Assembly (NCBI GenBank): GCA_000004985.1
Contig: GG738889.1
Strand: one strand, 5' to 3'
Length of the DNA stretch: 64,000 bases
DNA from: Naegleria gruberi
Taxonomy: Eukaryota
The notes beneath the pieces were generated by a model. The model was given only the letters and a program-made list of their open reading frames with translations, was not told the DNA's origin and ran no database searches. A program made the position numbers and the translations under genes. Of this stretch, positions 22,601 through 33,390 are shown one piece after another (the stretch's first letter is position 1; every line of letters starts with the position of its first letter).

Positions 22601-25038
22601 ATCCTGTGCCAGCAATGGTCACAATTCAATTAAGAATTGAAAAATCTGATGGTAGATTTGTACAAAAGTCTTCAATTGTTCGATTTGGTGCTGTTGCTCC
22701 TTCTTTCAACGTAATCAGTCAACAACCAAACACAGCTTACTTAAAACCAGGCTCTCCAATTACAATCCATTCATTGGTTTCTTCCTCTTCAACATCTGTG
22801 TTTGTTTCTTGGAGATTAAACAATGAAATGATTTCAACTACTAAGACAATAATTCAATCAAACTGGGGAAGACAAATTAATCAGGTTATGTTTGACACCT
22901 CAAATCTTGTGGATGGTACAACAAACACAATCACAGCAGTTGTTTCAGATTCAAGCACACAAGGAACAAGTACAACCACAATAGTTGTGCAAGTGGCTAA
23001 ACGTCCATCCCTTTGTGCATGTGATATTACTCCATCAGTTGGTATTGCTATGGAAACACAGTTTTCTTTCGGTTGTACTCAATGCAAAACAACCGACAAC
23101 AATGTTGACTATAATTATGGATTTATAGATGACAGGTCTGGAATGAAGGTGTCTCTGTATAAACTCGGAGAAGTATTTTCATCTACTTTACCAGCTCCAT
23201 TGAATGGAAATACCCTTACTTGTTATATTGACATAATTGATACTGTGACCGGAGGATCGGTTAACATGACAAAGAAAATAACAGTCAACAAACAATCAAC
23301 AACAAGCTTGTCTGAAATTCAAACCTTGGTAAAGTCTTGGACTGATACCGTAAATCAATACTTGAAAGACGGACAAATCAGTAAGAGTTTCTACATGACA
23401 GCAACTTTCCTAAGAACCGATACAGTGCTAGTTAGAGAAGCAATTAAGGTTCTTGCTTCAACTTCAAGAAGAGATATTGTTTGCTCTCATGGTGTTGAAG
23501 TATCTGGAGTTTGTAAATGTGCAGACGGTTATGTTGGTACTAACTGTGAGGTTCCAATATTTGGTTACAGTCAAAGCCAGTCTGTAAAATTAACAGCCTT
23601 TACAAACATTATTAAGCTTTCTAATTCATCTTATGACATCATCAATGATGAGTATTTTACTCTTTTAGTTTTCTCAATAGATTCTGTTTTGGAAAATTAT
23701 GAGTATCTAGAGAAGAAGACTGTTGGACAAGCCCTTGACACTCTGAACCTATACCTTACAAGTGTAGTTGCTATTGATGACTTTAACTTGCCAAACGGAG
23801 TAGAAATTCTTTTGAAAAACATTATTCAAAACACTTATATTTACGTCGTTGAAAAGCAAATGTTCACAGACCAAACAGAAAACTCAAAAAAGTTGCTTAT
23901 TCTCCTCACTTTAACAACAACTCTCATGTCAAGAACCATTTCTTATGGAAGTTCTTCTAGCGTATTCAAAACTCAATATTTTTCATATACAATGAATAAG
24001 TATTCAATTTACGATTTCCCTCCAATTGTGTCAGATAACTCAAGAATATGCCAAATTATTGTTGAAGGGCTGTTTTTCTCAAATGCAAAATCAACAAAAC
24101 TTTACAGACAACCATTTGGTTTTGTTATGACTGTGTCAGATGACGTTTTCCAATTAGGACCAACTATTGGATTGCAAAAATCAACTAAAGAAAACATTCA
24201 AGCAAGTTCCTCACTGGTTTCTCCTATTATGTCCTTATCATTTAATGGGTTGACTGCTCCTGTTGATTTTAATGGTATCATCTATATTCTTCCAATCAAC
24301 AAGACAACTACCTTTAAGATATTTGATCAAGGAACTTTTGATTATGTTGAATCTGTAACTGAATATACATGTAACTCTTTTAAGGATTCACCAGAAGCAA
24401 TTACCAAATGTAAGCTTGTTGAAATGAATGCAACCCACACAAAATGTAGTTGTTCTACCCTGGGTAATGTCTTTGTAATGGAAACCACAACAATTACAAA
24501 ATATTCCCTTACAATCTTTGTGATTATGGGAGCTTCTATTATTGTAATAGGTAGTGCTATAGTCACAATATTCTCATTCTGTTGCTGTTGTTGCCGTTGT
24601 GTTGTGATAGGAAGAAGAAGATTCTCTGAACGTCATAGCGAGGCAAAGATAGTTCGTGTTAAGCATGATGTTAGAGCAATGTTTTTGGAAAAACCAGGTA
24701 CAAATGACTTTGTTACAACAGAAAGAGTTCAACTAAGGAATGATAACAATAAGGTTACAAGAACTATTATAACTACAGACCCTCTCTTAGTTACAAATAA
24801 CACAAAGACAGTTGTTATGCAAAGCCCAAGAATGTACACAAAGGAAACAACCTATGTTACCAAAACTCATCATCACCAAGGAGGACAAACAGTTGTTTTT
24901 GATACACCTAGACCTGAAGTTGTCATAGCATCTCGCCCAAGGGTTCTTGAGGAAATTGTAACCAATCGACCAGTTGTTGTGAGAAGAAATCAAGTTCAAC
25001 CAATGGATGTTGAACTTGTTGAGAGAAGAAGATATTAA
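19606..25038 (+). CDS. large EGF/tenascin-like repeat type I transmembrane glycoprotein
   Basis: The likely start is at 19606 (MWSSSMVYCVLILMLIIYFIEA), which looks like a signal peptide. The track ORF starts upstream in frame at a non-coding Met. The mature protein has more than ten C-x-G-x-G-x-C...C-x-C-x-x-G-(F/Y)-x-G-x-x-C EGF-like modules and very many N-x-S/T sites. It also has a Thr-rich mucin-like stretch and a single TM (IFVIMGASIIVIGSAIVTIF) followed by a Cys-rich juxtamembrane and a short cytoplasmic tail. Confidence 0.8.
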   Translation: MWSSSMVYCVLILMLIIYFIEATESTITCNNIDSNLSNVCSGNGICISNNVCSCYVGFDGAACDTPRTIQNLFAGYSVLSRNSSISSNKIINLFGNVANTPSSSQLYTNFNITSGITHDGDVYASHYINQAEQYFKQLDNLPCDFTLRSSPRIGRIEVRYGGVGCFEAGWTGPSTVVIKGSQRVVFKIKGNFITNEITFALSKCASENNIYWLVNGNTKITNNFKGILKTAGKVDITNANIDGTLFINNTSATFTNVTFGPVSTFDPYQSLTNSECSLSSCYGILSNETSVCAGVGLCYDDNACFCPLGYGQDCSLPLCYGVLQNSASVCSGNGNCTGPDTCECKEGHLGLNCSISLPPCYGIGNDTSRICSGVGNCTSKGVCSCPDGYGFDCSVPICNGVLAYNKACSSHGTCIAPNSCSCSSHYHGDNCELTTCFDIPSDNSTTCSGNGDCIDYNRCRCFDGYQGSDCGQLTTTIIYENITIYENETIWIEYNTTEYINETIYIRQNQTDVVIDDGAIIFTPNPTGSNPITFNTTRVNVTIITYYNATSNSTTTVTTTTTTVVVYTTIVCSKSLNCSNHGECNSNGACTCYSNFDTGFWSGSSCNTCRDGFHGNNCATKVVGPAYISNDFTGVTFYLYAPNSYTSNQISCNKLLHPDDISSNMFGDASKIQCSYVDRASYLFMITFGSNDYVFNAGASNLRINTHVFDQSAGSADYLSMIINLPQGFSGPVAKISMAFTSTYSSCEEIVIDGSGSTAPYGGSLTYYWTLLNAATMQVLSTNFANQPKITLPASLSSGSYQVSLKIQGEFLHLSSAVVHTGTFTKAPKPVPVITFYKGNTQLRYTNQFPYTIKKVIESPCRDSNNTIVRWEQLSGPSIEYSVDSYNNLYIPKLKTFGNNNYTFKVSAYYTDANYQGSSDFVLITQSPPLSLELYQAEAKTDHSTVEVIYSDPESALISKSETWTWSSLDYQGPRLYTFLTTQSNQKSSSLYLTSNYFDPVPAMVTIQLRIEKSDGRFVQKSSIVRFGAVAPSFNVISQQPNTAYLKPGSPITIHSLVSSSSTSVFVSWRLNNEMISTTKTIIQSNWGRQINQVMFDTSNLVDGTTNTITAVVSDSSTQGTSTTTIVVQVAKRPSLCACDITPSVGIAMETQFSFGCTQCKTTDNNVDYNYGFIDDRSGMKVSLYKLGEVFSSTLPAPLNGNTLTCYIDIIDTVTGGSVNMTKKITVNKQSTTSLSEIQTLVKSWTDTVNQYLKDGQISKSFYMTATFLRTDTVLVREAIKVLASTSRRDIVCSHGVEVSGVCKCADGYVGTNCEVPIFGYSQSQSVKLTAFTNIIKLSNSSYDIINDEYFTLLVFSIDSVLENYEYLEKKTVGQALDTLNLYLTSVVAIDDFNLPNGVEILLKNIIQNTYIYVVEKQMFTDQTENSKKLLILLTLTTTLMSRTISYGSSSSVFKTQYFSYTMNKYSIYDFPPIVSDNSRICQIIVEGLFFSNAKSTKLYRQPFGFVMTVSDDVFQLGPTIGLQKSTKENIQASSSLVSPIMSLSFNGLTAPVDFNGIIYILPINKTTTFKIFDQGTFDYVESVTEYTCNSFKDSPEAITKCKLVEMNATHTKCSCSTLGNVFVMETTTITKYSLTIFVIMGASIIVIGSAIVTIFSFCCCCCRCVVIGRRRFSERHSEAKIVRVKHDVRAMFLEKPGTNDFVTTERVQLRNDNNKVTRTIITTDPLLVTNNTKTVVMQSPRMYTKETTYVTKTHHHQGGQTVVFDTPRPEVVIASRPRVLEEIVTNRPVVVRRNQVQPMDVELVERRRY

Positions 25039-25158
25039 GTTCTATTGATAAATTGATATTTTTTTCAAACTTTTTCTGTTGTGGCAACAATTTTAAACTA
25101 TTCCAATTATTATGAGACAAGAAGATCTTGTAAAAATCTATCTTCACATCATTAAAAA

Positions 25159-26571
25159 ATGCAACAAGAGGAAAACACATCTCTCCTTTCACACAATATT
25201 GATGAGTTACAATCCTTTCACACCAACACACCAAATCTATCATCATTAAATCATCAAAAAACACCCGATGAAGGAAATCCTGCCACCACGGAAGAAATAG
25301 AATCACTTTTACATCAAAATTTACCACCTCCTGGTAAATCATCAGCACTTGATGTTGTATTTAATATTAGTAATTGTACAATTGGAGCAGGCGTTTTAGC
25401 AATACCTTTTGCATTCCATCAAAGTGGAATTTTATTGGGATGTTTCATTTTGCTATTTGTTTGTGTCATTTCAACATTGACATCTCAGTTTCTGTTGAGG
25501 GCTTGTGAAATCTCAAAACAACCAACCTATAAGGAAATTGGTATGAAAGCTTTTAAGGGAAACAAGATTGCTGGCTTTATAATTGATATTTCAATGATTG
25601 TATTTTGTTTTGGAGTTATGCTTGGATATACTTCAATTGTTGGAGATTATTCATCAAGTTTATTTAAAACTATTTATTCTGATTATTATTGGCAAGGAGA
25701 AAATGTTAATTATGATAACATTCTATTCTCTAAAAACTTTAATAGCTTTTTATTAATGATAACTGTCATGTTACCTTTGAGTTGTTTCAAAAGAATTGGA
25801 TTTTTGTTTTTTACTTCCTATTTCACAATAGTTTGTGTATTGTATACTTTATTTGTCATAATGTATGGTTTCTTTTCAAAAGTTACAACACTTGATAAGA
25901 GAATTGACCATAGTATTACTTTATTTCAATCATGGGAAAGTTTTTCACAGGTTTTTGTTGCTTTTCCAGTTTTATTCTTTTCATTTGGTAATACTGTTAC
26001 ATTGATTCCAATTTATTACGAATTGAAAAATAAGAATCAGAGAACTATGACTCATGTCATTAATGGAGCTTCAGTTCTCTGTTTGATTTTCTATCTAATT
26101 ACTGGAATATTTGGTTATATTCAATTTGGAGATAATAGCATTAAGGAGAATATTCTAAACTCATTTAGAAAACACAATGTAATGGTAATATTCGCCAAAT
26201 TAGCAATGATTATTGTTTCTGTCATTTCCTATCCGCTTGTTCATTTCCCTGCAAGACAAAATGTTGAACAGCTATTATTCCCAAATAGACCATTTTCTTA
26301 TATTAGATGGATTATTGAGGCAGTTGTGTTTGCAACCTTAACCTTACTAGTTCTATTAATTCCTTTCGATTTGGTTACAATATTTGGAATAACTGGTGCC
26401 AGTGTTGGAATGATGGTCATGTTTATTTTCCCATGTGTATTCTATGCAATTCTTGAGACCAATAAGAAGAAGAGAGCTTTTGCTATTGTGGTTGCTTGTA
26501 TTTGCTTGATTTTAGGAGTAATTTCATCTGCTAGTGTTATTGCTGACTTTGTCCAGAAAATGTCTCAATAA
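25159..26571 (+). CDS. amino acid/auxin permease-family (Aa_trans, SLC36/38-like) transporter
   Basis: ATG start with about 11 predicted TM helices. A conserved N-terminal NxxNxxIGAGVLAIPFAF motif is characteristic of the AAAP family. Confidence 0.8.
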   Translation: MQQEENTSLLSHNIDELQSFHTNTPNLSSLNHQKTPDEGNPATTEEIESLLHQNLPPPGKSSALDVVFNISNCTIGAGVLAIPFAFHQSGILLGCFILLFVCVISTLTSQFLLRACEISKQPTYKEIGMKAFKGNKIAGFIIDISMIVFCFGVMLGYTSIVGDYSSSLFKTIYSDYYWQGENVNYDNILFSKNFNSFLLMITVMLPLSCFKRIGFLFFTSYFTIVCVLYTLFVIMYGFFSKVTTLDKRIDHSITLFQSWESFSQVFVAFPVLFFSFGNTVTLIPIYYELKNKNQRTMTHVINGASVLCLIFYLITGIFGYIQFGDNSIKENILNSFRKHNVMVIFAKLAMIIVSVISYPLVHFPARQNVEQLLFPNRPFSYIRWIIEAVVFATLTLLVLLIPFDLVTIFGITGASVGMMVMFIFPCVFYAILETNKKKRAFAIVVACICLILGVISSASVIADFVQKMSQ

Positions 26572-26688
26572 TTATTATTCTTCCAACAAGTACTTTGAGT
26601 CTAAACTATTTGATATTGGTGATGGAATCTAACTTCCCGCCAAAATTTTGAAATCCAAACGTTACGTTTAAAAACATTTTAAAAAAAA

Positions 26689-27810
26689 ATGTCCCAACAT
26701 AACTTTACCAACAGATTTGTTCCAGCCTCAAGCCTTTCTATTGGATCAGGAGCAAACAATACTATCAGCAGCAGCAGTAGCAGTGGTGCCTCTACCAATC
26801 GTCGCTCCTCCTTCTACTCCAACTCTGCCATGATGGCCAATAATTCATCATCACTCATAGGAAGTACAACAAATTCCTTTTCAAAGGCTACAAATAATGG
26901 TACTTCAGGACCACAACAACCACATGGATCGTCCACCTTGTTATTCTCTCATGCCAATAGAAGAGAAAGTTTTGGTGCTCCATCAAGACCAGGTGGATTT
27001 ACTCCAGGTTTGGGAGTTTCCCAATTGATTCATCATCAACATGGTGTAGGATCGAATAATAGTTCTGGTTTGATGAATAGTAGTGTTTCAGGTGCTATTA
27101 ATAATAATACTACTACTTTGAATACGAGTGGGTCAGGTGTATCATCTTCTATTGTTGTTGGGAATATTCTCAACAACACGAGTAATAGTGCTAGTAATAA
27201 TAACAACAATAGAAATTCATTGTCTGGTTCCTTCTCTCAACAAAATAGAAAGAGAGTTGCTCAAACAATGCTTCCACCTAGATCGATCAATACATTCCAC
27301 AATATTCTTGGTACATCTAGTTCACAAAAGGAAGATGTTCTTTCTCCAGAGGAAACAATTTGTAAAACTAATCCACTTGATGAAGCTTTGGTGAAGGAAA
27401 ATGCTGAATTAAAGAAGGAAAATGAAGATTTGAAACAACAATTACAAAAGTTGAAAGCTCAAATGATTGAGAGGGAAAAGGAAATGGTTGATAAGGAAGA
27501 TCAATTGAAAAAAGCACAATTTGCTAGTAAGGAGCTAACTGATTGTAAAAAGTATATTGAAAACATGTCACTTAAATTGATAGAATTAGGTGTTGATCCT
27601 AATACATTGAAGCAACATCCATCTAGCACTCTTTCATATGATTTGGTAAGTAATAATCTAATATCATATTTTCTAATGTTTTATTAGAGCAATATTCTTA
27701 TTGGTTCTTCTGTTGAGCTTGATGACTCTGTTAGAGAATTGGAAAATGTTCTCTTCAAGTATTCACCACTCTATTCCAAAACTTCAACTCTTATGCAATT
27801 GGAAGATTAA
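26689..27810 (+). CDS. Ser/Asn-rich protein with C-terminal coiled coil. Two exons at about 26689..27645 and 27688..27810.
   Basis: The 42-bp intron is GTAAGTAATAATC...TTTTATTAG and the phase is in frame (..YDL|SNILIGSS..). The coiled-coil heptads are ENAELKKENEDLKQQLQKLKAQMIEREKEM. No family assigned. Confidence 0.5.
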
Positions 27811-28405
27811 TTTCTGTCAAAAGAAGTTTACAAATCTATGATTCAACAACCTTGATAATGACTCAACTTTAAGACAATAGGTTGCAAAAACTGATTCACT
27901 TCACCCACCTTTTCAGTAATGTGCACGAGCTTAATGATAGACTATTCCTTGCATTTGAAAAAGTTGAATAATCCATTTCCAATTGGCTCTTGTTAACTGA
28001 GATATTAAAATGTTTATAATTTTTACATTAACTTGAAGCATTTACTAATCAATCCATCATTCTTAATCCAACTGCTTCACAAGTTGCATACTGGCGGCTG
28101 TAATAACTATTGTAAATTACTAGAGTTTCGTCTACATTCGTCATACAAGAAAAGTAATTTGCAAATAACAAGAAGCGCTAGGTTGGAAGATGAAGTAGTA
28201 TGGTCCATTGTTTTGGCACTACACTTGCTCATTCAGTATTTATAAAAAAATAAATATTTTAAATTGGTTTATTCTTGCTTTTCATGACTGTTCATAGAAT
28301 TCCATTCCTTCAAGAACTTTTGTCTTTCACTAACTGAAGAGTTGACTGAAACTATTCCAAGAACTTTTGGTAAAACAAGCTTTCTAATAGCAGAAAGAGT
28401 AAAGT

Positions 28406-29362
28406 CTAGTAAAATTGAATGAGTTTCAAATAATAAGAGAATAAAAACTTACTTTGTTCAAGAGATTTTCTATCTTCTTCACCCAAATAAATTTCAGCTA
28501 CATTCAATGTATTGTAAACTTGAGCCAAAGTTCCATAAATATGTTGCCAAAAATTACCAAGATGATAAGCTGGACTGAATTCTTCATAAGTATATTTGAA
28601 TCCAATGATAACAACTTGGAAATTCTTATCTTCTCTCAATACTTGTTCCATATCATCAAAGAAATAATTGTGGAACTTTAAAACACCTCTACCATTTGAA
28701 GTAACTGCTTCAGGGAAGACAACGACTGGTCCTCTGGAATATTTCTTAGCATCTCTAACAATTTCATGAAGAGGTTGACAATCCTTATGAAGATTATCAG
28801 TACTTTCACTAAATTGTCCAAACAAAGTATGATAAAGAGCTCCAAAAAATCCAAAAGGTTTCAATCCATAAATAACTTCACCATTTTCAATCTTACTCTT
28901 GACAGCCATTGCAAAAACTGGAGAATATTTGAAATTCAAATAAAAAAAATCAATATAAGAAACATAATTTGAAACAATCAAATCTCCATGAGCAATATCA
29001 GAAGGGACAGTCTTCTTATCCTTTCCTTCCAAATCAACTTGCTTACTCTTAACTCCACTAAATCCCAACAAGGTAAACAAAGCACATCCACAACACAAAA
29101 TACTTGCATAACGATGTAACAATCTCTTAATAAAACCAATCGGAATGATCATTGAAACATGTTGTACAGCAAAATATGGTATTAAAAAGATGCAAATTAA
29201 TAAAAACTTGATCAGGAATGGAACAGGTGAGATCAATGCTCTAAGAGGCTTTAAAACAAATTTTTGGAGTGTCGTCAAGTCTCGGAATGAATTTTTCTTT
29301 CGGTACGGAACAAAAGGATTGACGCCTGTGGCATCATCGGTAAACTTTTTAAATTTTTCCAT
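28406..29362 (-). CDS. PlsC/AGPAT-superfamily acyltransferase-like membrane protein (motif I His replaced)
   Basis: N-terminal TM helices. The protein contains LIVSNYVSYIDF, where canonical motif I is NHxSxxD, and FPEAVTSNGRG, which fits motif III FPEGT. A possible short 3' intron (GTAAGT...TTACTAG) near 28394-28440 is unverified. Confidence 0.5.
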   Translation of the reverse strand: MEKFKKFTDDATGVNPFVPYRKKNSFRDLTTLQKFVLKPLRALISPVPFLIKFLLICIFLIPYFAVQHVSMIIPIGFIKRLLHRYASILCCGCALFTLLGFSGVKSKQVDLEGKDKKTVPSDIAHGDLIVSNYVSYIDFFYLNFKYSPVFAMAVKSKIENGEVIYGLKPFGFFGALYHTLFGQFSESTDNLHKDCQPLHEIVRDAKKYSRGPVVVFPEAVTSNGRGVLKFHNYFFDDMEQVLREDKNFQVVIIGFKYTYEEFSPAYHLGNFWQHIYGTLAQVYNTLNVAEIYLGEEDRKSLEQSKFLFSYYLKLIQFY

Positions 29363-29611
29363 TTTTTTTTAAATTTAAAAATAAAAATTGATTACGTTTC
29401 AATTTTTTTAAAATTCCAACAACGAAATTAGCAAATCGAACAGAAAATGGAAGATTGCAAAGAATGTATTGAACTTTGAAAAGAATAAAGAAAAATTGAA
29501 CTGTTTCTTGACAGGTATTGTTTTCTAGACGGTGTTCGTTTTAACAATGAACGGTTCTTTTGATTTTCCCTTTAACTTGTCAATGTAACGTCAAAACAAA
29601 AGTTGAAAAAA

Positions 29612-30444
29612 ATGTCAGCAGATGAATATGGATCAGATAGTGGGTATGTTTTTAACACAATTAGGAATAAGTAAACAAACTATCAAATTTTTTAGTATAC
29701 CAACATTTAAAATCATTGTGATTGGTGACGTTTCCGTTGGTAAAACATCATTTGTATCAAGGTTTTGTGAAGGAGAATTCAAGGAAAGTTATCCATCATC
29801 AATTGGTGTTGATTTTAAATCAAAGGAAGTTAGAACAAATGATAATTCCAATGTAAAATTACAAATTTGGGATTTTAGTGCTGACATTTCTTCTAGATTC
29901 GTAACTGTTGCTAAACATTTTTATTCGGAAGCTCATGCTATTATTATTGTTTTTGATATTACTAATAAGGAATCTTTCCAAGATTTAGGTATGTGATTGT
30001 AATATTTACTGAAGAACGATTGAATATTTAACCATTTTTAATTCTTCTAATTGTGTTTGATATTTTCATCATTTTGTTTGAATATTATAATAACAATTTT
30101 CATCATTATCAATTTTTATATAATTTTTAATCTCTCAATGAATATTAGAATCTCACTGGTTAGGAGAATTACAACAACAAACTTTGAGAGAAAATCATGT
30201 AAAGATTTTAATTGGTAACAAATCAGATTTGGTTGAGAGAAGAGCTGTTTCTGATGCAACTTCACTCGCTAAGAAATATAATTGTGAATATATGGAAACA
30301 AGTGCCAAGAAAGGAGATAATATTGACAAGGCATTTTCTACACTTGCTCAAAATATTTACAATGCTTGGAAGAATGGAGGGTTCAAAGAAGAGGAATGGG
30401 CTGATGAAAAAGATTCCAAGAAAAAGAAGTGTACTTTACAATAA
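29612..30444 (+). CDS. Rab-family small GTPase with degenerate G3 motif. Three exons at about 29612..29643, 29696..29988 and 30149..30444.
   Basis: P-loop KIIVIGDVSVGKTS. NKxD is GNKSD and SAK is ETSAK. The C-terminal KKKKCTLQ is a prenylation-type Cys motif. Introns of 52 bp and 160 bp restore the canonical Rab spacing (ESFQDL|ESHWLGEL...ILIGNKSDL). The G3 box reads WDFSADISSRF instead of WDTAGQERF. Confidence 0.8.
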
Positions 30445-30489
30445 ATATATTTCCATTTTAAATATTATTGATATCTCTTATTTTACAAA

Positions 30490-32357
30490 TTATTTGAGAT
30501 CTTTTGAAGGATTTCTAGCCTCTTCTGGTAGAACACCTTCTTTAATCTTTTTGTCAATTCTAAAAAGAATGGAATTAATTACTGATTTACAAAGACCCTT
30601 TTGAGATGCTTCTGCTAATTGGAATCTTTCGGAAAGGTCATCTTGTGAAATATCATAAAGGATATCATACAGAATTTCTGCATAGATTTGATCTGTTGAA
30701 TTCGAAAGGGTATTATTTTGTGGTGTACTCGGTGAAGGTTTGCTTACTTCAAGTAATTGTTTTGGTGCCTTTTTGATGGTATTCATATTTTCTTCATCAT
30801 CATCTGAATCATCATCGTCATTATTGCCACCATCTGAATCATCATCTGAATCTGAATCATCTGAATCGTCACCAAAATCAAATTTCATCTTATTACCAGT
30901 TGATGGAGCAAGTTTGGTTGGAATGACATCTTCTTTTGCATTGTCTGAAATTTGTTGTACTGGTTTTTTCTTTTCTTTCACAGTTCCAAAATCCCATCCA
31001 TCGTTATCTTTTCTATTTACAATTGTTCCTTCTTCATCATCGTCATCATCTGAATCGTCTGATGAATCATCACTTGATGATGATTCAGAAGGATTTTTAG
31101 TATCCGTAATTGGCTTTACATAATTTAATTTGGCTTCAACTAGATCAAGAAGAGTAGAACTCTTCTTTGCATTCTTAATAAATTTGGTTTTAAGAAGATC
31201 TTTGGCGCTTGGTCTTGAACTTGGCTCTTTTTGTAAACATAACTCCACAAACTCTTTAAAATATTTTGATACTTTTGGATCATCTAATTTTGGTGCTGGT
31301 TCTTTTGGAATTTTTAATAAAGCTTGTAATGGCTTTAAGTGACTTAAAGGAGGAACTCCTTTGTACATTTCAATTGCTGTTATTCCTAAAGACCAAATAT
31401 CTGCTTTTTCTGTGTAACCTTGACGAACAATAACTTCTGGGGCCATATACTAAACGATTGTTAAACACAAATAATCTACTAATACATACATATGGGGTAC
31501 CAACAAATGTATATCTCTTTCTATTTCCCATGGTGTTTGTTAATTGTCCAGAAACTCCAAAGTCTTTTTATGATACTTGTTATCAAATAAATCTTTTCAA
31601 CACTTACCTCCGATTTTAATTTGACAATCTTTGGAGATCAAAATATTAGCACTTTTGATGTCTCTGTGAATTTTATCTTCTCCGTGCAAGTATTCCAATC
31701 CCTTTAATGTTTCTCTCATGATTACAGCAATATGTTTTTCTTCAAGACCCTTTGTTTCAGAAGAACCTCGTTGTTTTGATTGAATTTCCATAATATCTTG
31801 AATTGAACACAATAAAAGATCCATAATAATCCACAAAAAAGATCCATTGATAAAAGCTCCATAAACTTTAACTACATGTGGAGAGTTAGTACTCATCTGA
31901 ACGTGAACTTCTTTTTGAATATCCTCAATTTCATCCGTAGCCTCTTCAAGATCAATAATTTTGATAGCGATTGTCTCACCATTTAGCTTGTTGATTCCCT
32001 TCCTATTCAATAAAAAAAATTAAAACAATGTAATAGTGAATACAGTTATAATAAAAACAACAAACAATTAAAAACATACCAAACTTCACCAAAGGCACCT
32101 TCACCTATTTTTTCTATTTTTTCAATATTATCGGGAGAAAGTCTAGCCTCGGAGACTGATTCTCTCTTCATGGGTGAATTATTTTGATTATTTGGAGATG
32201 TGCTTAAAACAGCTGATGATGTCGATGAGAGACTGTTTGTATTGTTGGGTTGGATAGAAAGTTTTTCATTCTTTCTCAATGAAAATTGCGGCATTTTTTG
32301 TGTTGGACAAGCTATCAAAGTCTGAGACAAACAAGTTGCGCACTCGTCATCACTCAC
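30490..32357 (-). CDS. STE20-family (GCK-III / MST3-MST4-like) Ser/Thr protein kinase with acidic Asp/Ser-rich C-terminal tail. Four exons at about 32357..32080, 32002..31608, 31563..31490 and 31449..30490.
   Basis: GEGAFGEVW|KGINKLNGETIAIKIIDLEEATDEIEDIQKEV is nearly identical to the GCK-III signature. The HRDIKSANILI catalytic loop and the DFGVSGQLTNTMGNRKRYTFVGTPY|YMAPEV activation segment are split across tiny exons. All junctions have GT..AG with consistent phase. The track start is a GTG. The first in-frame ATG is about 32294 (MPQFSL), so the true 5' end is uncertain. Confidence 0.85.
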
Positions 32358-32584
32358 AGAGATTGATAACAGAGAGCACTTTTATGTTTCTTTATTATGA
32401 CGACAGATCATCACCACCAATGTAATCCTATTGTTATTGTTGTTTTTCATGAGAGAAGATCATTAAAGAACAGGTAACCATGATGATGAAGTGGATTGAC
32501 TATTTTTAAGATTGGAATTTACCTCCAAAATAGTTTACAGTATTGGTTTGATAGCGGTTAGAGAATTAAGTTTAAAAAAAATGA

Positions 32585-33295
32585 ATGAAAGCAACTCGAC
32601 AACTAACTACACTCCATCAGAGATTGAGAGTCAAAATAATGGCAAGTCCCCGAATGTTTAATTTGGAAAAAGTTAGTAAATATGCTGGAAAACCTGGATC
32701 AATAAGGAGTAATGCAATGAATTATGGAGTGGATAATACTGCCTTTACACATTCCGATATTCCCGAAAGAGCATTAGAAAAAAAGTTGGAAACTATTGAA
32801 ATTAAATTGAGGAATAGAGAAAATAGGTTGGTAGATTGTTTTGATTTTGATAACTTTTGAAGAAAACCTGAATGGAACTGTTCAACATTTACAAAAGAAG
32901 CTTCGGAAGAACGAGCTCTATTGAGGACACTTAGTAAGGATTATTATAAAGCTGACAAGGAAAAGAAAGAACGAGATGCAAACAAACCACCATCTAACTG
33001 GAATACAAGTACTTATTTTACGAAAAAAGAAACAAATGAACATGACGAAAAGAAACTTTCGAAATCTTTGAGAAATACTAAAAAAGTTATCTCTGAGGTT
33101 AATGCACCTTCGTTAATTGAAAGAGAAAAATTGAAAAAAGAACAAGAAATGAAGGATAGAGAAGAGGCAACCAGAATAACGATGAGAGAACACTTTTTAA
33201 ATTCACCTCCAGTTACTTTAGGTCTTGCTAAAAGATTATATGGAGATAAAGGTAAAGAGAGCACTGTAACATATGTAGTTAAAGATCTTGCTTGA
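32585..33295 (+). CDS. hypothetical small K/E-rich protein(s), possibly one two-exon gene
   Basis: Two same-frame ORFs (32585-32860 and 32921-33295, TTG at the second) are separated by one stop. No convincing intron could be placed and no homology recognised. Confidence 0.2.
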
Positions 33296-33370
33296 GTTTT
33301 TTAATTGAACTTGATTCAAATTTGTACAATAAATCGAAAAGCTAAAATCAAGGAAATAATAGAAAGGCTT

Positions 33371-33390
33371 TTGGCGCCAATATTTGGCGC
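33371..33390. promoter_or_regulatory. palindromic and tandem E2F-type sites (TTGGCGCCAA followed by TTTGGCGC) about 40 bp upstream of the cohesin SA start codon
   Basis: A GC-rich 10-bp perfect palindrome plus a TTTSSCGC match sit in otherwise AT-rich DNA. This resembles the overlapping inverted E2F sites of S-phase gene promoters. Confidence 0.4.

Noticed and set aside
30740-31123. Plus-strand ORF inside the kinase gene
   Set aside because: It is the antisense reading of the poly-Asp/Ser acidic tail of the STE20-like kinase.
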